Virus record (IMG/VR): IMGVR_UViG_3300036944_001324
Coordinates: 1-64,000 of that record
Length of the DNA stretch: 64,000 nucleotides
Reading direction: 5' to 3' (one strand)
The notes beneath the pieces were generated by a model that saw only the letters and a list, made by a program, of their open reading frames with translations, made no database searches and was not told the DNA's origin. Shown here piece by piece: positions 8,901 to 16,238 of this stretch. Both the position numbers and the translations under genes were made by a program. Position 1 is the stretch's first letter. Each line of letters begins with the position of its first letter.

Positions 8901-9478
8901 AACTCAAACAACGCCCGATCATGCGAAGACCTTTCGCCACAGAAAAGGTCTTCGCAGGTATTGGCAACAGAGATGCACCAGAATGGGCCTTGAAGCTGTG
9001 CTCTTTGATTTCTGACATCCTTGCCAGTAGTGGTTACATCCTACGCTCCGGCGGGGCACCCGGATGTGATCAAGCTTTTCAGTCTCGGGCAAGCATTCAT
9101 TCAGAGATCTACGTACCGTGGCACGGCTTTGAAGGCTTCCCTATGAGGTGGCCAATACCAGATATCGCCTACGAAGCTGCACTCTACTACAAACCGTCTA
9201 TACGCTACGCCAGTGACGGTGTGGCGTCCATGACTGCTAGAAACATGATGCAGATACTGGGTCCCGATCTCAAGACCAAAGCAGACTTCGTGGTCTGTTA
9301 CACCAAGAACGGCAGACAAGAAAACTACGACGGCTACAAAGACGTATGTGGGACTGACTCAGCCATCACTTGTGCTAGAGACAACGGAATCCCGGTCATC
9401 AACATCTGCAATCCTGGTTGGTCTGAATACCTCTCAGCGATTACAGGTTTGGACTTCTTACACTTGGAGAACGCATGA
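8897..9478 (+). CDS. DprA/Smf-like (SLOG-fold) nucleotide-binding protein
   Basis: FAGIGNR, LRSGGAPGCDQAF, EIYVPW.GF, ARN..QILG, DFVVCYT, IPVIN. Confidence 0.7.
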   Translation: MKLKQRPIMRRPFATEKVFAGIGNRDAPEWALKLCSLISDILASSGYILRSGGAPGCDQAFQSRASIHSEIYVPWHGFEGFPMRWPIPDIAYEAALYYKPSIRYASDGVASMTARNMMQILGPDLKTKADFVVCYTKNGRQENYDGYKDVCGTDSAITCARDNGIPVINICNPGWSEYLSAITGLDFLHLENA

Positions 9479-9906
9479 CAGAAACAGCACGCTTTAACTT
9501 TCACACGGTCGATCATCAAGAGCGTTTCAAGAAACGCATGGCTGAGAAACCCGGTCGTCTCACAGGCGCCACTATTGTGGTGGACGGTCAGATCGACAAC
9601 ATGCCCAGCCTCTTTCCGAACGCCTCCAACGTTTACGCAAAGCTCCTGGCCAACCTGCGCTCAGCGCAGTACCTGCCTGACGAGATCTCGATGCTCGACG
9701 ATTTCACCGTCGTCGGCTTTCCTCGTTCTGTTTTGTCTTTTGACAAACTGCAAACGGTGGACATGATCGTCTCCGTTCCTGATGGCGTCTTTGTTTTGGA
9801 GATTTTCTTCAATTACAAAGGTGGAACGTCCATTGACTACAGCACCGGTATCCATACTGGCCTTGCAACCACCGTGCGTGCCCCTACGAGGCCTCAACCA
9901 GAGTGA
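9475..9906 (+). CDS. Hypothetical protein
   Basis: ORF with ATGA overlap to the upstream gene; ends before a palindrome. Confidence 0.6.
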   Translation: MTETARFNFHTVDHQERFKKRMAEKPGRLTGATIVVDGQIDNMPSLFPNASNVYAKLLANLRSAQYLPDEISMLDDFTVVGFPRSVLSFDKLQTVDMIVSVPDGVFVLEIFFNYKGGTSIDYSTGIHTGLATTVRAPTRPQPE

Positions 9907-9910
9907 GGCA

Positions 9911-9986
9911 ACATAACCCCCTACCCCGCAGCACCGAGGCCTTGTAGAGGCTTTAATGGTGTTGAAGGGTAGGGGGTTTATGCCGT
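9911..9986. terminator. Long bidirectional palindrome between convergent genes
   Basis: CATAACCCCCTACCC ... GGGTAGGGGGTTTATGCCGT with extra internal stems. Confidence 0.75.
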
Positions 9987-9990
9987 GAGG

Positions 9991-11202
9991 CTATCGAGGG
10001 GTAGCCAGACCGAGAGCACTGCGCAGATTCTCAAGGCCTTTGGGAGCAGTCTCGTCGAAGTACGGATCAGCAACAGTCTTGAGAACGATCACAGGAACTT
10101 CCGTCAAAGCCAGTTCTTCGTACAGCGCTGTCGCTGCTTTCAAGATCGTGATGATCTGATCGAAACGCTTTTGCAATGCCTGAGCAAGATTACTTGCATC
10201 GAGATTCTTGAACGCGTATTCACGAGCCGTGTTCAAGTTGTCGGTTGCGTCAGCCTCTGGTTTGGGAAGCTTCCCGAGGTAGGTAGCCAGTCCCAACATA
10301 GCACCAGCCAACAAACGCAAGTAGCCGATCGCGGTTTCAGACCCGATACCTGAGACAACCGTGATGAGCATGCGATCACCCGGCTTGAAAACACCGACAG
10401 AATCACGCAAGTACTCTTTCCACAACCCCGTACCTTCACCGGCTGCAACTGTGCCCAGGTCATAGATACGTTCGTCAGCAGTGAACTCGTTCGAGCAAAG
10501 AATGGCTTCGTTCAGAGATCTGCTCAGAGGCGCCAAGGCACCCACCTGACGCATCGCATCAACGAATCGCTCGATCGCATCGACAGGGTTGTGGTACCAG
10601 CTCGCGTGGTTGGACAACCAGTCATTGGCCAGCGGCGCGTTAAGCTCAGGTGTAGCGCGACGACAGAAGTCGATAGGTGTAAAGTCGTGCACCGTCACGT
10701 AAGCTGACACAGCCGACGTATAGGCTTGGTAGCACTGGTCAATCACCTGCATCGCATCGTTACCAGTCTTGTTCAGCAAAGCCACGAGACGCTCGTTCAG
10801 CGCAGATGAAGCAGTGCTGGCCTGATTCATGATGTCGGCACCGCGTGCCTTCAAACGGTCAACGGTTTCATCCACGTTGGCGCCGGTTGGTTTGTCGGTG
10901 TACAAGCCGATAGGGTTTTCAGCATCGACAATGCCGTTGACAATGTCTTCCAAAGCCATGACTTCAGAGGCACTGATTGTGCGGCGCTTCTCGATAGCCA
11001 TGATTGCGTTGGCAACCTGGTTACCTTGATCGGCTTGGTCTCTGAGTTTGGAGAAATCAACAATGATCTCCCCGATGTCGGTGACGTCACCTGTCAGGCT
11101 TTCTTCGAGATTTTGCATCTGACCTGCATTGCCGTTGAAGCTGGTGCCTGGATCGGTTGGAACAAGGTTCACAACATCCAGATCGTCAAGAGGTGGGTTC
11201 AT
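9991..11202 (-). CDS. Probable virion (head) protein
   Basis: 403 aa helical ORF co-oriented with the zincin-like virion gene; GLE site near the C-terminus. Confidence 0.55.
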   Translation of the reverse strand: MNPPLDDLDVVNLVPTDPGTSFNGNAGQMQNLEESLTGDVTDIGEIIVDFSKLRDQADQGNQVANAIMAIEKRRTISASEVMALEDIVNGIVDAENPIGLYTDKPTGANVDETVDRLKARGADIMNQASTASSALNERLVALLNKTGNDAMQVIDQCYQAYTSAVSAYVTVHDFTPIDFCRRATPELNAPLANDWLSNHASWYHNPVDAIERFVDAMRQVGALAPLSRSLNEAILCSNEFTADERIYDLGTVAAGEGTGLWKEYLRDSVGVFKPGDRMLITVVSGIGSETAIGYLRLLAGAMLGLATYLGKLPKPEADATDNLNTAREYAFKNLDASNLAQALQKRFDQIITILKAATALYEELALTEVPVIVLKTVADPYFDETAPKGLENLRSALGLATPR

Positions 11203-11216
11203 TACGACCTCTTGAT

Positions 11217-11705
11217 TTAGTAAGCAGTCGTCTGGGTGCCAGCGACCATGTTCGTGCGAACAATGGCGGACAGCAGACGGGCGAACAAAGGCTCGATAGC
11301 TGCTGCGTTGTCCGACAGATCAGCCAGCAAAGGTGCGGGCACGTTGTAGCTGATGCCGAACAGCGACAGCACACTGGCGTTCAGGCCGCTACCCGCAGTG
11401 ATCTGCGGAACCACAGCGCCGTGGGCAATCGCGTAACGTGCATTCCACAAGGCCTTGATGTTCTGCACAGTGTCGACCATGGGGACAGGACGAACTTCCG
11501 TAAACACACCACAGATGTTTTCACTGACGGTCTTGAAGTGCTCGTCAAAGTACCCCATGGGGGATTCGACAGGCATGGACGGCAAGGGCAACGCATACGC
11601 AACAGCCAGCGCTACGGCGCGATGAAAGTTGACAGCCAGCGAAGTGCTGGCGATTTGCGAGATGGTGTCTTGGTCGAGGTATTGGTGATGCATGATTGAA
11701 AACAA
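11217..11705 (-). CDS. Hypothetical, probably virion-associated protein
   Basis: 162 aa ORF tightly packed in a minus-strand operon. Confidence 0.55.
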   Translation of the reverse strand: MFSIMHHQYLDQDTISQIASTSLAVNFHRAVALAVAYALPLPSMPVESPMGYFDEHFKTVSENICGVFTEVRPVPMVDTVQNIKALWNARYAIAHGAVVPQITAGSGLNASVLSLFGISYNVPAPLLADLSDNAAAIEPLFARLLSAIVRTNMVAGTQTTAY

Positions 11706-11716
11706 GAAGAAAAGGA

Positions 11717-13021
11717 TTAGGCTTTAGCAGCCAGGCGTTGAGCGTTAACGAACAGGTCGTTATGTGCCAGTAGCTCGATGTCACGCTCCAGACGGAACGC
11801 AAAAGAAGCACGGCGGTTGGAAGTGAAGATATTGGCGATGTCTTCTGCAAGGGTAGTAAGTTCTCGACCACCCTTGAGCATTTTGTCAATGCTGTCAAGT
11901 TCTTTAAGAAGCCGTTCACGTGTGACGTGGTCCAACTCGAAGTTTTTGAGTTGAGCTACAACTGTTTCACGGATGCGCTGGAGGCGAACGTAAGGTTTGT
12001 CGTACTGGTTGGCTTGTTGGATAAAACGATCGCCACGACCACTGTAGAAGATCGTGGTTGCTGTGAGCAAAATACCAACCGCTATCCCAGCGCCAAAAGA
12101 AGCAAATCCGAGCGTAATACCCGCTAGCATAGAAACAGTCACTGGTCCCACGTAAAGCAGGAAGCTCTCAAAAGCGTTAACCCGACCCATTTCAGAATCG
12201 TACTCAGAACCAGCCCAGATACTGGCCAAGTCTTCAGCGAAGCCCCATTTGGCGGCAAAGTTATCTGCCAGAGCTTCACAGTTCACGCCAGCTACAGAGT
12301 TGTCCCCAAAGTCCGTTGCCAGTTTATGGTAGGTTCGAGCGAACACCACTGTAGAGATAGCGGTATCGTCTTTCATCGTGACACACTCGATGAACTCACG
12401 CGGATTACCGGTCAGGTCATTGGCAGCCACTTCCAGCGCATGCTCGTACGTAATACTGGTGTCGGTACCGACGCGAACTTGGTGCAGGCTTGCCAGAATT
12501 TGGGAAGCACGCACAGTGCGGTACATCAATTCAAAGGCAATAAACAAATGCCCGATCTCATGCATGAGAGCAGCCGCACACTGTCGAGGCGTGAAATTAG
12601 CTTTGCAAAACCGGAAACCCATTACTACGGGCGACACAAAAGTGGAATAAATCCCACCGATCTTGCCGTTCTTCAAATCAACAAAACCCTTTTTGGTGTT
12701 GGATTTTTTGATAGCCTCGATGAAACGGTTGGTCTCGGAGTTATAACCGTTATCAAAAATAATGGTACTCAAAACGTGCCGAGAATTTGCCATGACTGGC
12801 AGACACCCCGGCGGAATGAACGTATTGAGTTGAAGATCAATCTTGATGCCAAGACGATTGAAGACCAAGTCCACAATAGCCTTACAGGCCTTCGAGTCTT
12901 GTGCTTCGCGCATTGACCGACACTCGTACACTTGTTCGAACAACGCAGTCAGCTTGTCGCCGAAGTCATTCGTTTGTTGTGCAATCAGCTCGCAAGCAAT
13001 AGCACGTGCTTTGTGGTTCAT
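11717..13021 (-). CDS. Zincin-like (HExxH) putative virion metallopeptidase with hydrophobic segments (start revised to MNHKARA)
   Basis: AAALMHEIGH and EALADNFA..WGF; hydrophobic stretch LLYVGPVTVSMLAGITLGFASFGAGIAVGILL. Confidence 0.65.
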   Translation of the reverse strand: MNHKARAIACELIAQQTNDFGDKLTALFEQVYECRSMREAQDSKACKAIVDLVFNRLGIKIDLQLNTFIPPGCLPVMANSRHVLSTIIFDNGYNSETNRFIEAIKKSNTKKGFVDLKNGKIGGIYSTFVSPVVMGFRFCKANFTPRQCAAALMHEIGHLFIAFELMYRTVRASQILASLHQVRVGTDTSITYEHALEVAANDLTGNPREFIECVTMKDDTAISTVVFARTYHKLATDFGDNSVAGVNCEALADNFAAKWGFAEDLASIWAGSEYDSEMGRVNAFESFLLYVGPVTVSMLAGITLGFASFGAGIAVGILLTATTIFYSGRGDRFIQQANQYDKPYVRLQRIRETVVAQLKNFELDHVTRERLLKELDSIDKMLKGGRELTTLAEDIANIFTSNRRASFAFRLERDIELLAHNDLFVNAQRLAAKA

Positions 13022-13223
13022 AGTTAGTCGCAGAAAAGAAAATGGAGCCACTACCCTCCGCATGACGCAGCAAGGGTAGCAGTTTGAAATTAAGCACATG
13101 ATTTAACAACTTTTATTCCTTCCCTATGCAGGAAGTCACACAAGACGCTTTTTTAGACACCGCCCAGGTATCCTAATGTATAAAGCCAGTCGTTCACTGG
13201 CTTAAAGTCTACCCCCAAACAAC

Positions 13224-14945
13224 ATGTCCACCACATTCAAACCTGAAGACGTTGTTTCCAAAGAGTGCAGATTCGTAACGTACGTGGGTAATCCTCATCC
13301 CGACGAACCGGATCTTCACGTTGTCAAAGAAATCGTCCACCTCAAAGACGGAAGAAAGGTCCCTAACCTTAACCTCCTGTACGACGCCCCAAGGCCCTAC
13401 TGGGTTACCAAGAAGGGCTTTCGTAACCACCAACAGCACAAGGAATGGGAAAAAGAAGAACGACTCGTCAGGAACGAGTGTCCAGAGCGCTTCTTGATCA
13501 GTCGTATCGCTGCAGCCATCGGTACCCCTTGGTTCCGAGGTAATCGCCGCAAGCTCTTCGAATGCCCGTACATCTACGGTGTTGACATCGACTCCACCAG
13601 CGTTATCAAACGCGCTTACGACGTCAAGTACAAGATCGATCCTACTCCTTGGACACTCGCCGAGTTCGACATCGAAACGGACATGACGACAGATGACGAT
13701 CAAGGTAAGATCCCAACCATGGGAACCCTTACCATGAAGGAGCGCATGCTCACAGTCGTCGTCAAGGACTACTTCAAGGGCTATGCGAACGCGTGTGAGC
13801 GCGTGGAGAAGCTCACCATGAAGTACCTTGGTAAGTGGATCATAGAGCGTAACATCAAGCCACAAATCATCGTGGTTGATACACCGCTCGATATGTTCAA
13901 AGCCATCTTCGCAGCCGCACATGAGTGGCAGCCTGACTGGTTATCCATTTGGAACATGGAGTTCGAAATGGATCGCTTCATGGAGATCTGTGAGCAGTAC
14001 GGTGCAAACCCTGCTGACATCGTCTGCGATCCACGCATCCCTGTCGAGTACCGCTCTTTCGAATACATCAAGAGCGAACCACAAAAGAAGACGTCCTCTG
14101 GCAAGATCACGCCAGTGAAACCTTCTGCCCGTTGGCACACTGTCAAAGTGCCTGCGTCGTTCTACATCATCGACCAGATGTGTGTGTACAAGCAAACCCG
14201 CATGGGAGAACAAGAAGAGCCTTACTACAGCTTGAACTTCATCATGGAGAAGGAGCTTAAATTTGGTAAGCTTGAAATCGAAGAAGCCAAGCACATCGAG
14301 CATGCCACAGCCGATTGGCATTACTACATGCAAAAGAACCACCCACTGGAATACGTGGTGTACAACCGGTTCGATTGTTTGGGCCCAGAACTGCTTGACG
14401 AGAAAATAAAGGACTTGGCGCTGACACTACCTTCGATGGCCAAGACATCGAACTTCGGGAAGTTCCCAAGCCAACCTCGCAGAACCTGTGACGACCTTCA
14501 TTGGGAAATCATGGACATGGGCTTGGTGATGGGTGTTAGCTCAAGCAACGTTTCTGATGAATACGACGATGACACCTTGTCAAGACAGGACTGGATTATC
14601 GCTTTGAAGGCAGCGCTTGTTGAGGACAACGGCCTGAAGATCATTGAAGAACTTCCCAACACAAATACACGTGTTTACGCTATGGTAGCTGATTTGGACG
14701 TTAGTGCAAGTTATCCAAATGGTGAGATTGCGCTTAACACGTCGAAAGAAACTACCGTTCGAGAGATCATCAGTATCGGTGATGTACCTGAAGAAGTATT
14801 CCGCATGCAGAACATGGGGATCTCTGGAGGGCACGTTAACGCAGTCGACTATTGCACCATGATGATGAACTTCCCGACCCATTTTGAAATGCTTGAAGCG
14901 TTCCAAGAAGACACGCAAGCTGCCTTGGTAGAAGTACCAGCTTAA
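13224..14945 (+). CDS. Split family-B DNA polymerase subunit (3'-5' exonuclease plus motif A; phiKZ gp82-like)
   Basis: ExoI FDIET, ExoII WNMEFE, YSLNFI, ExoIII YNRFD, motif A DLDVSASYP; motifs B and C absent. Confidence 0.85.
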   Translation: MSTTFKPEDVVSKECRFVTYVGNPHPDEPDLHVVKEIVHLKDGRKVPNLNLLYDAPRPYWVTKKGFRNHQQHKEWEKEERLVRNECPERFLISRIAAAIGTPWFRGNRRKLFECPYIYGVDIDSTSVIKRAYDVKYKIDPTPWTLAEFDIETDMTTDDDQGKIPTMGTLTMKERMLTVVVKDYFKGYANACERVEKLTMKYLGKWIIERNIKPQIIVVDTPLDMFKAIFAAAHEWQPDWLSIWNMEFEMDRFMEICEQYGANPADIVCDPRIPVEYRSFEYIKSEPQKKTSSGKITPVKPSARWHTVKVPASFYIIDQMCVYKQTRMGEQEEPYYSLNFIMEKELKFGKLEIEEAKHIEHATADWHYYMQKNHPLEYVVYNRFDCLGPELLDEKIKDLALTLPSMAKTSNFGKFPSQPRRTCDDLHWEIMDMGLVMGVSSSNVSDEYDDDTLSRQDWIIALKAALVEDNGLKIIEELPNTNTRVYAMVADLDVSASYPNGEIALNTSKETTVREIISIGDVPEEVFRMQNMGISGGHVNAVDYCTMMMNFPTHFEMLEAFQEDTQAALVEVPA

Positions 14946-14956
14946 GGTGCGATACG

Positions 14957-15499
14957 ATGTTTGACCACTTGGTTTCACAACTCACCAAAGGCACTCCAAA
15001 AACATCCGAGGTCTGGTTGGAGTCTGCTCCTAACAAAAAATCTGCGACGGTAAGGAGCGTTGCAATCAAGATGCGTAACGTAGAGTCTGGAGAGATATTT
15101 CTTTTCCAGTCATTGGCAGCAGCCGGCCGATACTTTCGCATATCTGACCTGCGCATGATCAAGGGATTGGTTGATAACCCAGAACGGATGTGGCGCGGTC
15201 ATCAAGCTAAACCCTTGAAAGACAAGACTGATTGGGTGTCTCCTATCCAAAATAACGAATCCGTTTCCAAGGTCGTTAAAGGTGTCAATCACACTTACTA
15301 CCTCATCACTTGGAAGGATACCGGTGAGGAACAAGTTTGCATCGGATACGAGCAGGCTGCCTCCATTACTGGTGTAACCAGATCGTATCTCTCCAAGCTG
15401 GTGTGTTATGGTGACAAACCTAACAAACTCAACTTCAGTATCAGGAAAGCTTCGCAAGAAGATGTCCTCAGATACGAAAGCGGTCCAGTTACCGACTAA
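14957..15499 (+). CDS. NUMOD1/HTH-like repeat DNA-binding protein
   Basis: Two repeats of I..r...tGE...f.s...A; paralog of 15604..16176. Confidence 0.55.
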   Translation: MFDHLVSQLTKGTPKTSEVWLESAPNKKSATVRSVAIKMRNVESGEIFLFQSLAAAGRYFRISDLRMIKGLVDNPERMWRGHQAKPLKDKTDWVSPIQNNESVSKVVKGVNHTYYLITWKDTGEEQVCIGYEQAASITGVTRSYLSKLVCYGDKPNKLNFSIRKASQEDVLRYESGPVTD

Positions 15500-15501
15500 G
15501 C

Positions 15502-15540
15502 AAAAAGAGAAAGTCTCATCAGCTTTCTCTTTTATGCCGT
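15502..15540 (+). terminator. Hairpin with conserved 3' flank
   Basis: AAAAAGAGAAAG-tctcatcag-CTTTCTCTTTTATGCCGT. Confidence 0.75.
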
Positions 15541-15603
15541 GCGTGTTTTTTCATTAGTTGATTACCCATCGTTTGAAGAGACTTTCACTTACTCATTTAA
15601 CAA

Positions 15604-16176
15604 ATGTTCGACATCCTTGCTCAACAATTGGTAGCCGGCCGTCCGTTCACTTCGTACATCTACAGCGAAGACTCCGATTACAAACCTGTCGCTCCTTCCA
15701 ACATCAAAAAGAACATACCGATCCAGATCCGTGATATGGAAACAGGGGTGGTGACCAATCACGACACTATCGTTTCGGCACTGGACGTCTATCCTGATCT
15801 TTACATCAAGGCACTTCACTCATTGCTGCGAGATCGCCGCAATACCTGGAAGAACCTGCAGGCCAGACCAGCTTCAGATACCAGTCACTGGCATGACCAT
15901 AAGGAAAAATACTTAGGCAAGTCTGCTAAACGTGCAAGACCGTACGTGATTTACGCGCAGCACAAGGGGACAGGAGAAGTCAAGCTCGGTCTGCGTCCCG
16001 AGATTGCCAGGCTCATGAAACTGAGCACGACAACTATTTTCCAGTTGTGCACAGAGCGTTCCCCAGGAAAAGACACTTACGTCTGGAGTGTTCGTTACGC
16101 AACGCAAGAGGATCTTGCCAAAGACACTACCTTCCGCTACATCCCGACGTGCATGAGTTTCTACGAACCGAGTTGA
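15604..16176 (+). CDS. NUMOD1/HTH-like repeat protein paralog
   Basis: IQIRDMETGV and AQHKGTGEV repeats; C-terminal SVRYATQEDL versus SIRKASQEDV in the paralog. Confidence 0.55.
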   Translation: MFDILAQQLVAGRPFTSYIYSEDSDYKPVAPSNIKKNIPIQIRDMETGVVTNHDTIVSALDVYPDLYIKALHSLLRDRRNTWKNLQARPASDTSHWHDHKEKYLGKSAKRARPYVIYAQHKGTGEVKLGLRPEIARLMKLSTTTIFQLCTERSPGKDTYVWSVRYATQEDLAKDTTFRYIPTCMSFYEPS

Positions 16177-16230
16177 CGACATAAAAGACCTACCCGGACC
16201 ATCTAAGGCTCGGGTAGGTCTTTATGCCGT
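16175..16230. terminator. Conserved-flank palindrome between convergent genes
   Basis: GACGACATAAAAGACCTACCCG-loop-CGGGTAGGTCTTTATGCCGT. Confidence 0.8.
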
Positions 16231-16238
16231 TTAGGCGT

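Noticed and set aside
14957-16176. Intact homing endonucleases or group I intron after the polymerase gene
   Set aside because: No HNH, GIY-YIG or LAGLIDADG catalytic motif is seen, and the polymerase ORF ends at a normal stop.
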